64,000 nt of DNA from NCBI RefSeq assembly GCF_009914755.1, contig NC_060930.1. One strand, written 5' to 3'. This DNA is from the human T2T-CHM13v2.0 reference genome, Homo sapiens. Made by a program: the position numbers and the translations under genes. Every line of letters starts with the position of its first letter. The stretch's first letter is position 1. The notes under the pieces were generated by a model. The model was not told where the DNA came from. It saw only the letters and a list, made by a program, of their open reading frames with translations, and ran no database searches. Shown in pieces: positions 41,073 to 52,955 of the stretch.

Positions 41073-41560
41073 CAGAAGCTCTCTGACATCTGTGAGATGG
41101 CATCTCATTTTGCTTTTGATTTGCATTTCCCTAATGATTAATGACATTGAGCATTTTTTATATGCTTGTTGACCAGATGAATGTCTTTTTTGAGAAGTGT
41201 TTGTTCATGTCCTTTGCCCATTTTTAAATGGGGTGATTTGTTTTTTGTTTGTTGATTTGTTTAAGTTCCTTATAGATTCTAGATATTAGACCTTTGTTGG
41301 ATACATAGTTTGCAAATATTTAATCCTTCTCTGGAGGTTGTCTGTTTATTTATTGATAGTTTCTTTTTTTGTGCAGAAGCTCTTTAGTTTAATTAGGTCC
41401 CACTTGTCAATTTTTGTTTTTGTTGCAATTGCTTTTGGAGTCTTCATCATAAAGTCTTTGTCCAGACCAGTGTCCAAAATGGTATTTTCTAGGTCTTCTT
41501 CTAGGGTTTTATAAACCCTGGAAGAAAGATGCTATACCTAGAAGCCTAGAAGACTGTGGG

Positions 41561-41873
41561 TTTTTCTTTTCTTTTTTTTTTTTTTTTTTTTTTTTGAGAC
41601 AGAGTCTTGCTCTGTCACCCAGGCTGGAGTGCAGTGGTGATGTTGGCTCACTGCAACCTCTGCCTCCCAGGTTCAAGTGATTCTCCTGCCTCAGCCTCCT
41701 GAGTAGCTGGGATTACAGGCATGCACCACCACGTCCAGCTAATTTTTGTATTTTTAGTGGATACAGGGTTTCATCATGTTGGTCAGGCTGGTCTCGAACT
41801 CCTGACCTCGTGATCCACCTGCCTTGACTTCCCAAAGTGTTGGGATTACAGGCATGAGCCACCATGCCCGGCC
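41561..41873 (-). mobile_element. AluS inserted in the tail of a short L1PA
   Basis: Antisense dimer abutting the L1PA 3' end. Confidence 0.93.
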
Positions 41874-42047
41874 TTCTTTTTTCTTTTTTTTATTTTACTT
41901 TAAGTTCTGGAATACATGTGCAGAACGTGCAGGTTTGTTACATAGGTATACACCTGCCATGGTGGTTTGCTGCACCTATCAACCCATCATCTAGGTTTTA
42001 AGCCCTGCATGCATTAGGTATTTGTCCTAATGCTCTCCCTTACCTTG
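41874..42047 (-). mobile_element. Short L1PA 3' end
   Basis: 'tactttaagttctgg...atacatgtgcagaacgtgcagg'; composite TSD gactgtgggtttt / gactatggggtttt. Confidence 0.88.
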
Positions 42048-43977
42048 ACTATGGGGTTTTCTTGGTATAGTATCACAACGTCTGCAAAGATAGTTTGACT
42101 TCCTCTTTTACTATCTGGATGCCTTTTTTCTTTCTCTTACCTGATTGCTCTGGCTAGGACTTCCAGTACTATGTTGAATGGGAGTAGTGAGAGTGGGCTT
42201 CCTTATCTTGTTCTGGTTCTCAAGGTTCTCAGATTTTGCCCATTCAGTGTGATGTTGGCTGTGGGTTTGTCAAAGATAGCTCTCGTTATTTTGAGGCATT
42301 TACCTTCATTGCCTAGCTTATTGAGGGTTTTTAGCATGAAGGAATGTTGAATTTTATTGAAAGCCTTTTCTGTGTCTAATGAGATGATCATGTGGTTTTT
42401 TGTTTTTAGTTATAGTTATGCTACGAATCACATTCAATTTGCATATGTCGAACCAAGCTTGCATCCCAGTAATAAAGCCTTCTTGATCATGGTGGATTAG
42501 CTTTTTGATGTGCTGCTGGATTCAGTTTTCTAATATTTTGTTGAGAATTTTTCAGTCTATGTTCATCAGGGATATTGGTCTGAAGTTTTCTTTTGTGTAT
42601 GTGTCTTTGCCAAGTTTTGGTATCAGAATGATGCTGGCCTCATAGAATGAGTTAGGACAGATTCCCTCCACCTCAATTTGTTGGAATAGTTTCAGTAGGA
42701 ATGGTACCAGCTCTTCTTTATACATCTGGTGGAATTTGGCTGTGAATCTGTCTGGTCTAAGGCTTTTTCTGGTTGGCAGGTTTTTTTTTTTATTACTGAT
42801 TCAATTTTAGAACTCATTATTGGTCTGTTCAGGGATTCAATTTCTTCCTGGTTCAATCTTGGGAGGTTGTATGTTTCCAGTAACTCATCCATTTTTTCTA
42901 GGTTTTCTAGTTTGTGTGCATAAAGGTGTTCATAGTAGTTTCTGAGGGTTTTTTTATATTTCTATGGGATCAGTGGTAATGTCCGCTTTTTCATTTGTCT
43001 TTATTTGGATATTTTTTTCTTTAATAGTCTAGCTAGTAGTCTATCAATCTTATTTATTCTTTAAAAAAATAAAGTTTTGGTTTAATTGATCTTTTGTATG
43101 GTTTTTCTCATCTCCATTTCATTCAGTTCAGCTCTGATTTTGGTTATTTCTTTTCTTCTACTAGCTTTGGGATTGGTTTGCTTTTGGTTTTCAAGTTCCT
43201 CTAGGCGTGATGTTAGATTGTTAATTTGAGATCTTTCTGACTTTTTGATGTGGGCATTTAGCACGATAAACGTTCCTCAACATTGCTTTAGCTGTGTCCC
43301 AGACATTCTGGTATTTTGCATCTTCATTTTCATTAGTTTCAAATAACTTCTTGATATTTGTCTTAATCTCATTGTTTACCCAAAAGTCATTCAGGAGCAG
43401 ATTGTTTAATTTCCATTTAATTGTATGGTTTTGAGAGATCTTGGTACTGATTTCTAATTTTATTGTGCTTGTTATCTCAGAGAGTGCTTGGTATGTTTTC
43501 AGTGTCAGTCTGAAGGCTCTAGTGGGTAGAGGTTGGGGGGATCACCTGTGCCTAGGATTGCAAAGGTTCATGGCAGAAGTGTGGGTCCCAGGGCATCTCA
43601 CTCATTCACCATTTTTCCATGGTGGGTACCCTCCCTTGGCTCCATGCCAATCCTTGGTGGGCAGCTGTCCTATCTTGCTCTTCCCTGTTTTCTGTGGGTC
43701 ACATTGTTTCCTTGATGAATCCCAATGTGCCCTCTGGGATGATCCAGTTGAAGAGCTAGTGTTTACTGGCCACTCTGTCTTTTCTCTGTGAGAGTGGCAC
43801 ACACTAGCTGCTTCTAGACAACCATCTTGGCCCCTCCCCAACCCCCATAATTTTCTTTTAAAGCTAAACAAGCAACAAGCAACTATACAGCCCAGCAATC
43901 CTACTCCTAGGTATTTTACCCAAGAGAAATGAAACAAGTTTATACAAAAATGTGTACACAAATGTTGACAGCAGTTT

Positions 43978-44544
43978 ATCTTAATCTTGTCTGTGCTCCT
44001 GTAATGAAATGCCTGTGATTGGATAATTTATAAAAAACAGATTTTTTTTTTTTGAGGCAGGATCTCACTCTGTCACCCAGGATGGAGTTCAGTGGCATGA
44101 TCTTGGCTCACTGCAGCCTCAAACTCCCATGCTCAAGCAATCCTCCATCTCAGCCCCCTGAGTAGCTGGTACCGTAAGTGACAGTACCACACCTGGCAAG
44201 AACAGAAATTTATTTCTCAAAGTTCTGGAGGTGGAGAAGCCCAAGATCAAGGTTCCGGTAGGTTTAGCATCTGGCAAGGACCCAGCCTCTCTGCTTTCAA
44301 GATGTCACCTTATTGCTGCATCCTCCAGAGGGGACAAATGCTCTGTCCTCACCTGGTGGAAGACTAGAGGAGCAAAAGGGCTGAACCCTATATAAAACCA
44401 CTTTAATAAGGGCCTTAATTCCATTCATGTGGGAGGATCCCTCATGACCTAATCACCTCCCAAAGGTCTCACCTCTTAATATTATTATATTGGTCATTAA
44501 GTTTCAACATATAAATTTTGAGGGACATATTCAGACTATGGCAC
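43978..44544 (-). mobile_element. MSTD-like LTR with Alu monomer (44042-44197)
   Basis: 'aagcccaagatcaagg', 'ccctcatgacctaatcacctcccaaagg', ends 'ttcagactatggca'. Confidence 0.82.
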
Positions 44545-44713
44545 AGTTTTACTTATAATCACCAAACAATGGAAACAATCAGAATGCCTTTTACCTGTTG
44601 AATGGATAAATACACTGTGATACATCTACACAATGGAATATTACTTAGCAATCTAAAGGAACAAACTATTAATACAGGCAAGATGGATGACCCTCAAATG
44701 TATGATGCTAAAG

Positions 44714-44895
44714 TAGGTGTCAGCAAACTCTTTGGTTTGCAGGCCAAATCCAGTAACACCCATTCATTTATGCACTGTCTGTGGCTGTTTTCATGCTACA
44801 ATGGCAGATTTGAATAGTTGCAAGAGACTATATGGCCTACAAAGACGAAAATAATTATTACTTGGCCCTTTACAGAGAAAGTTTGCCAATCCCTT
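44714..44895. mobile_element. MER58A
   Basis: 'ggtgtcagcaaact...ggccctttacagagaaagtttgccaatccct'. Confidence 0.8.
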
Positions 44896-45214
44896 TGCTA
44901 AGTGAATGGAGCCAGATACAAAAGGCTATATTCTCTATACAATCTGGAAAAGGCAAAACTATTGGGATGGAGAACAGATTGTTCCCAGTGGCTGAGCTTG
45001 GGTTCAGGGATTGGCTGTAAAAAGGTAGGCAGCACAAGGGTATTTTGGGGTATGATGAAACTGTTGCATATCTTGATTATGGTGGTACTTACACATCTCT
45101 GTGAATTTTCAAAGCTAACAGATCAGATATAATGGCACATCAAAAAAAAGGCTTCCTGTATGTGAACAAAAGACTAAATTTAAAAAGTAAGTGCTGTAAA
45201 AATGGCACATATAT

Positions 45215-45670
45215 TAGTTTGGACATTTTGGCTGCAAGTTGCAGAAACTGAAATGATTTTTAAGCAGGAAAAAAAAGAGCTGATTCTTTGCTCAGGAAGC
45301 TGGAGATGATACTGTGATAGATGACGAATCTAAAGAAAGGGTTTCAGGAACCAGGGCTGAGAGAGGAGACCTGGAGATCACTGGGGCCAGGATTCTTTCT
45401 CTTCACCTACCCTCAAGTCTTATGTGCGTGGTTACTCTCTCCTACTGGTCTCCTTATGGCAGGGTACTGATCCTCTGGCAGTCCCAATTTTGTAGCCCAG
45501 CTGGAAAGAGAGAACTTTTTTCTTGAGTGTTCATTTATCAATCCAGGGAAGAATGGCGATTGGCCCAGCTGGGTAACAAACTCACACCTAACCCCATCTC
45601 TGTGGCCAAAGGACCAGGGTCTATTTTGAAAGGAAGGGGATTAGAAAGCCTGTTGAACAGACAAAATCCA
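45215..45670 (-). mobile_element. Old MLT1 (J/K-like) LTR
   Basis: 'tttggctgcaagttgcagaaac', 'gattggcccagctgggt', 'ccatctctgtggcca'. Confidence 0.55.
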
Positions 45671-47454
45671 GTAGTAGCCTCAGTTGATGTCATGAGGCAT
45701 AAATTAACAAAATTAACACAACTAGTATTTTATTTCAAGTTCACATCTATTTATATTTTCACCATTGATTTCTTATCTAGGCAAGCATTGATCTGAAAGA
45801 CAGGTTTAAGAAATTTTAAAAAGTTTTGAGGCACTCAACCCAAATGGTTTGTGACTTGTAGAAAAGGAAGCTACTCTTCATTAAATATGAAAATATTTAT
45901 TTCAGTTCCAGTGTATTTCATTAAAGTACTGATATTTTAAGAAATGACAGGAAAGAAATGGCCTAATAACTGTTGGAATAGTCCAAATTAAAAACACTTA
46001 TTACGTAGATCAAGACCATATTTTATCCCCTTTATGATTTAGCTGTAAGTATCAGTCCTTCAACATTTAAGGATTCTTTTTTAAAATATCAAATCTGGAT
46101 ATTCTTTTGTTAAAAGAGAAAGACGCATAATTTTAAAGATTTTCTGAGGAAGCCATTAATCATGATAATTGCATTTGGCTTACAAATTTTCCTGCCTCTG
46201 TGTTAGTGAACTGGAACCAATATTCTCTTTAAATGGTGAGCAGACATACAAAAACCTTAAGGTTCTCTTTTAGTTTCTCTTTTCATGCAGTATATGGCAT
46301 AACAAAATTCATAAGCCTCCTTCCAAATCAAAAGACACATAAGTTTCTTTATCTTGTTTTTCTCTTTCCCTTTTTGCAATGCTATTGCAAGGGCTCCACC
46401 TGAAGGGGTTGGGATACCCAGAGAAAATCAAATACACGCTGATCTCAAGTCCCTAAATTACCAGCCAGTAACAGGAGGAAAAGAGAAAAATAAAAGCTGG
46501 CTTCCATTTGCCCAGCCTTCTGGTTCATCGACCAGGGAACCAGCATCAGCTGCTCATTTGCAGGGCTGCACTGATGACTTCTCCCCAGGAGGGAACCACA
46601 AAGAGAATCACTTGCCCTCAAACGCTCATGTTTCTGGCCTAGGGAAGCAAAAACAGATGAAGAAATTGGAATATGACTTGCCTGAGAGCAACTTCGAACA
46701 ATTTTAGAGAGGATTTATGTCATGTAGTCTCAAGTTTTAAAATCTAATTTAATAAATGTACATCTTTACAAAATAACACTGCATATTGGCACCATTTCTA
46801 TCCATTTCAACTGGAAACGAAAGCTGAGTTTTCCATTACTGCAAATCCTGTTGGTATTGCAGCAGCTGGAAAGAAGAGTGAATTTCTCGTATTGTTTTCC
46901 TCTGTGCATTAAAGTTATATTATTACATATTTTTAAATTATCTACCACTCTATTTTGAAACTACAAGTTGAAGTGATGTAAGATACTTAAAATTAAAGCT
47001 GAGAATTGAAAAAGTTATTTTTAAGGGAAGTTTTGAAATTATCTCATTAAACCCAAATCACTGCTTTCACATTTAGCAATGCCTACCTCGTACAACAGAA
47101 GAAGTGATTGAATAATGGACCTCCTGGTCATTCTAAATTGTGTGGTGGTATGAGGGGCTGATCAAAATCTTTCCTGTTTTCCAGAATTGGAGACAAAAAC
47201 CAATTCTGAGAACAAAAGGTACTCAGTACCTCTGCATTCTAACACAAAAAAATGAATAGAAGGGTGTCTATGGTTTCTTGATTTATCAATAGGTCTAAGG
47301 ATTCGTTGATCTCTCCTGCTAGCACCAGACCTCCATTTAAATCTCAGATTCCCTGATTAAAATAAGAAAGCCCAGAGGGATGAGGGACAGGCTGGGAGGG
47401 AGGAAAATTTGGGAGGGAAGTCTAAGGAGGAGGGATCTCAATGATTGGCACACC

Positions 47455-50400
47455 CAGTGCTCACCCAGGGCATCTGACACCCAGAATCAACCATTTTTTT
47501 GTGCTCCACTCCTCTATGACAAAATTACTTCAGTAAATAGAGAAATTAATAAATTTTAAATCTTAGTTGAATCTGCTTATGCCCCTTTAAGCTGAATTTT
47601 TCTATTATACAGACTTCTAATTTGCTTGGGTTTCTTCAGAGTTCAATGTTCTGTCCTTCTGATTCTGTGGACAAAGAACACTTATAAATTACTATCATAT
47701 AATTTATAATATATAATGTTGTGTGACTTTGTTCTGGTAGAAAAAGCCAAAGAGGCATTGGTATTACCCAGTCATTCTTTAGTAACTAGACTGAGAATAT
47801 AAACAATTGGAATGTCTACATAAACAAATTCTTATAAAATATTCAAATGACATTTTTGCATCTGGAAAAGCACTATCATGATCACAAACTGAAATAAGTA
47901 ATAATAATGGGCAGAAAAGAAATGTAAACATTGTACTGATTTTTGTAAATGTGATCATGATGATACAACAGAAGAAGTGATTGAGTAACGGACCTCTTGG
48001 TCATTCTAAAATGTAAACTATTGCAGAAAAAAAGAAAAAGTAATGGTTTAATACATTTTAATTACATTAATGAGTTTTTTGAAAAAAGGGAAAAATGTAT
48101 GCCTTCATATTGACCTGTCGCAGTAATGAATAACATTACAGTTTCTAGTTTCAAGCCTTAATTTTGTCAAGATGGATCTTCTTTGCATACTCATGTTCAA
48201 TGATTGTATAGCCAGATTTTTCAATCTATCTTTCCTCATGGTTGATCCAAGAACATTTTTTATTAATTTTAATTTCAAAGCCTTTTTTTCCACACAAAAC
48301 AACACATGAGAATTTCCCTACAAATAGTAGGGAAAGGTCTTAAGCTTAAGTTCGGCAAAGATTCAAAAAAATCCCATCTCATGATAATACAGAAATTGCA
48401 ATACTGAGAATGTCATTTTTTCTTTGAGATTTATTCTAGCAGCTTTCAAATGTCTCAATCAAAAAATGTTCACTGAAGTACCTTAAGTAAATTTATATAA
48501 GTTTATATCATATTTTGTTAAAACTTTCAAAGCTTTTCTTCTGCTACAAAAATCAGAGACTTTATTTGATCCTTTGCTTTAGAACTAATGTCCATTTCTT
48601 GGTAAGAACAATAAAGTGGTTCAATTTTAGCCTTTTTTCTAACACCTAGCAATGTATGACCAGCATCTCCTGTTATTTCTCCTCGCATTCTTCTTCAAAA
48701 TTTGATTTTTAAAAATATCAATATCCATTTTCTTACATGCTGTTGTGGGAGAAAACTTTTGCTCTGCCACCTTAGGTCTGAATGATCAGGAACCCGAGAA
48801 TGGACAATAGACAGATTAATAGGAGAAAAATTGGTTACATATGTCAGAGTGCTGTATAGAGAAAGCAGCTCCCCAGACATCTAGGGTTACAGTTTCTGTA
48901 CCAGCTTAATTAGGGGAGTGGAAGTGGTGTTAGGGCTTCGAAGGATGAAAGATTCTCTGAGGCTTGTTTACACAACTTTTTTGGGGGAAATGTCCTGGCG
49001 TCTAAGGTCAGTTACCTACCTAACTGGAGACCCCCTCTGGGAGGTGAAGGGTGTTTGTAGCAGCTGACTCTCTTAAGCTCTGCTTTAGATAGATGACAAA
49101 AAAGTTCAGGTAAGATTTCTTTCTGCATCTGCTATAGCTCAGATATTTTCACTTTGATTCCATTTTGGTGGGTTTTTGGTCCCTTCAATGTTTTATGGCA
49201 TAATTACAGTCTTCTTCATAATTTCTGTGTCTTGATCTTTAAGCAACAACTTTAAAGCTTGTTGGTTTCACTGTACATTGTTCAAGACTGATTTGGGCTG
49301 CCTGTAAATATTGCGGGATCTTAGCCTCATCTAAAACTTCAAACTAAGAAAGGTAACGCAGAAAAAACAATTGCATGCAACAGAGAAGAATTTTAAACTA
49401 ATCCTCTTGGGTCCACATTTTTTTTGGATTGTATAGTATTTGAAGATCAAAATTAACTTTTCATACTTACTTGGACTGTGCAGCTTTATAATGAGCATCC
49501 CATTTACTCTGGGAAGGTCTATTTCATTGTCAGGCACATTCTGCAGTGTTTCACATCAATGAGGTAAGAATTAAATGAATGAATAAATTGTTTTCTGAAA
49601 TACCAAAAGAACTATGTGTAAAGCAATGCCTCCAAGAGAGTGAACGCTGCAAAAATTCAAATAATTGTTTACAGAAGATATGCATAAAGATTGGGAATTA
49701 TATCTTTGATTTGTGCCTGTCACTACTGTGAGTATCTGTCATATCATTGACCACAAGAGACGATTATGTCTGCCCATCACCATTCAGTTGTTTCAACTTC
49801 TCTTCTGAAGGCTCAGCAACAGTCTTCCAGAAATAGAAAAGAAGCCCAAGAATAAAATATTTCCTTTATTTCAACTTTACCATCTTCAGCATGGTCATCT
49901 CTGACCACTTTGCACATTGGTCAGTGTTTGAAGCATGGAGAATGCTAGCAGAAAGAATTCCTAGGTATTATGCTTTTAAAAATATCTGCCATTACTAAAT
50001 GATACCACTGATTTAATGTTTTATTTTCTTGATTCATTCTTTAGTTAACAATTTAATAAGGAAAGCATATTTCAACTCTTTAAAGCTATTATTCAAATTC
50101 ATTAAAATACTGCATATTCAAACTGAAATTACCATCTACCAACCAGATGTACCATACCTAACATTTTGCACTGCTTTACTCTGTTACATCTGAAACACAA
50201 ATAAAATCTCCAAGGGGCCACATAGAATAACAGAATGGAAGTTCTCTAATTCTGTTTCCTTCTCTTTCCAATCTCTGTGCTATCATTATTTAATTTTGAG
50301 TCACTATTTAAAAGTAGAAATAGGGAGTACCACAATGGTTATGTCCAAATCAAACTTTATTTTTTATAAACTTACTCATCATAAAGAATGCAAATTACTG

Positions 50401-50731
50401 AATCCCTGTGTGTTGGGAGCCAACTGATTAAAGGAGATTTCTCCAAATTAAGTTCTATATGGAATATTTACTAAAGGATAACAATAAAAATCTATTAATC
50501 AGAAGCACATACACACAATAACCAGTTATTATTCAGAACTTAGACCAACAAAAGTTATTTATAGGGAGAAGTATTTTATCACTGACATTACATAGTATTG
50601 TCAGTGTGTGGTGATGATAAAAAAGCAGACTGACTTATAGTCAATTTTATTGTTGTTTTTAAATTCTCTACAATTTGCTGCCTATTGCCTGCAAGGGGTG
50701 GGCCCTTCCCACCACCCTTGGTACATCTCTG
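47455..50731 (-). mobile_element. Long MER97/Zaphod-family hAT-Tip100 fossil with transposase remnant
   Basis: Minus-strand start 'cagagatgtaccaaggg...gcaggcaata...tgtagagaatttaaaaacaa' matches recalled MER97 end; ORF 48105-48305 contains STMRKDRLKNLAI (hAT dimerisation-like). Confidence 0.65.
48741..49187 (-). mobile_element. ERV1 solo LTR (MER34/39/95-like) nested in the hAT fossil
   Basis: TG...CA ends; near 4-bp TSD atgc/atgt; minus-strand 'ttctcctattaatctgtct'. Confidence 0.6.
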
Positions 50732-51549
50732 GTCTTGAATGATTTTCTAGCCAAAAGAATCATTTTTAAGGTTTGTGAGCTTGTATAAGAAGAGAAAACT
50801 AGTTTCTTGTTTCCTGACTGCTTACTTAGTCATTGAGCTTGATGACCTGCTTCAGTGTTTCCATGTGGGAGAAAGTTGGTATAGCGGCATATCCTGGTGG
50901 AAAGGACAGCACTGTCTCCAAAGTTCCAAGTGTGTACCTGTGACTGAGGCCCTCGAGTTGGGCCATGGTGCCTAGGAAAGCTGTTTGGGATAATTCTAGA
51001 TAATGGAGCTATATCAACAAAAGAATAAGGACAGCGACCTCTTTACCATGGAGGCAGGGTTGTCTCTGTTAACACCATAAAAGGGAAACCAATGTGCTCT
51101 GTGTAGCTGCATAAAGACATTTCCATCCTCCCTGACCCAACAGCCCCTCCATGTCCTCCCATCTAAGCCTCCGGAGCTTCAAGCTCATCTGTGGAAGAGA
51201 TCTTTAAATTAAAGGTGAGATCTTTAAATTAAAGGAGAAACAGAAATTTTAAGTGAAAGAAATTCATTCTTAAGAAAGACAATCACCCTGGTTTAATAAC
51301 TAAGCAAGTTGACAAGTTATGGAATCAGTCCGATATGTGTTTGAGGTAATCTATTACCTACTTGGAAAAATGCATCTAAGTGGAGTGTCAATAGAGTAGT
51401 AAATTTTGGGGGAAAAAAATAGAAACTTTCATTTTTGTACTTGGATATGTTGGAATTCTTTATTGGGCTGTATTCCATTTGCTACAAAATGAGTAAATGC
51501 ACCTCTGTCCCTTCTCTGCTGCTTGGTGGGAACCTAGAGAGTGTTTTCC

Positions 51550-51575
51550 GTGTGTGTCTGTGTGTGTGTGTGTGT

Positions 51576-51606
<31 letters not shown>

Positions 51607-51724
51607 GAAATGGGGGTCTCGTTATACTGCCCACACTGGTCTGGAAGTCCTGGCCTCAAGCCATTCTTTGAGTTCAGCCTCTCCAGGTACTGAGATTATA
51701 AGCATGAGCCACTGCTTCCGGCCA
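51550..51724 (-). mobile_element. FLAM monomer with (TG)n-converted tail
   Basis: Left-monomer sequence 51607-51724; TSD agagtgttt / agagttatt. Confidence 0.8.
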
Positions 51725-52467
51725 AGAGTTATTTCCTTAACTGGATTTTGCTCTAGTTGTCCTTCGTTTCCAGGAATTGTGCTGGTCTGGTATATGACTT
51801 TCTTTCAGATATTTCCTCCTAACATTTGAGCTTTGAGTTTATCTCCACATCATCTAAGGTTAAAGAGGAGAACAATTCAAAAGGGGAATGAGTTTTGGAG
51901 CTTTTTCTAAAGATGTGTGTGCCTCTCACATGCACAAAATTCTCTCTCAAAATTTGAATTAGCCAAAAGCTATCACACAAATCATGGCAACTTGTCTTTC
52001 TTCAAATGATATGATTTCCCCTTTTTGTTTTCCAAATATTTATTATATTTTATTTGTTTCCTTTTCAATTGTTCTGTTCCATTTCCTTTGGGAAATACAG
52101 AGAAGTGCCCCATAATTTTCTTTTGGACTGGATAATTATAAAGTCCAGATGATTTCTTTTTATGTAAACATCTCTTAAATTGTTAACATACTTAAGTCTC
52201 TCATTTAAATGATGACTAGAAATTGTTGAATTTGAGTTATGTATGCTTAAGACATTCCGTCATTAGAATACCAGAAAATCTTTTGAGGCTACTGATTGTA
52301 TTGGGCTATGAAATTTCCTTCCCTGTGTTTACAGAAACAACAACAAAAAAAACATGCTATTTCAAAAGTATTTTATCTCGGGGCCTATTTATTTCTAAAC
52401 ATGTGCCTATTTATTTCTAAACATGTAGCTATTGAATGCTGTATCTTCTGTGATAAAAATTGTAAAC

Positions 52468-52955
52468 ATTTTTTTCTCAACTTTTAGATTCAAGGGGTAC
52501 ATTTTCTGGTTTGTTACAAGGGTATATTGTGTGATGCTGAGGTTTAGGGTACGATTAAACCCTTCACCCAGGTAGTGAGCATAGTACCCAATAGGTGGTT
52601 TTTCAACATTCCCCCCCGCCATTCCCTCTTTTAGTCTTCAGTGTATATGGTTCCCATCTTTATGTCCATGTGTACCCAATGTTTAGCTCTCACTTATAAA
52701 TGAGAACATGCAGTGTTTGGTTTTCTGTTCCTGGGTTAATTCACTTAGGATAACAGCCTCCAGTTGCATCCATGTTGCTGCAAAGGGCATGATTTCATTC
52801 TTTTTTTATGGCTGTGTAGTATTCCATGGTGTATATGTCTCATATTTTCTTATCCAATTGCCCATTTATAGGCATCTAAGCTGATTCTATGTTTTTGCTA
52901 TTATGTATAGTGCTTCCATGAACATACAGGTGCATTTGTCTTTTTGGTAGAATGG
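52468..52955 (-). mobile_element. L1PA15/16-like 3' end
   Basis: 'caacttttagattcaaggggtaca...'; TSD-like tgtaaacatttt / tgtaaatatatt. Confidence 0.85.

Larger units (their letters stand above)
41082..43838 (-). mobile_element. L1PA15-16/L1PB-like element with 5' end and internal deletions
   Basis: ORF2 peptides ([28 protein letters not shown]); 5' end 'ggggccaagatgg...gaagcagctag' on the minus strand at about 43830. Confidence 0.88.
43850..45190 (+). mobile_element. L1MC/ME 3' region hosting nested MST LTR, Alu and MER58A
   Basis: 'cccagcaatcctactcctaggtattt', 'atctacacaatggaatattact'. Confidence 0.75.

Noticed and set aside
46354-46707. 117-aa plus-strand ORF
   Set aside because: Starts at TTG, no homology recognised, no clear exon boundaries
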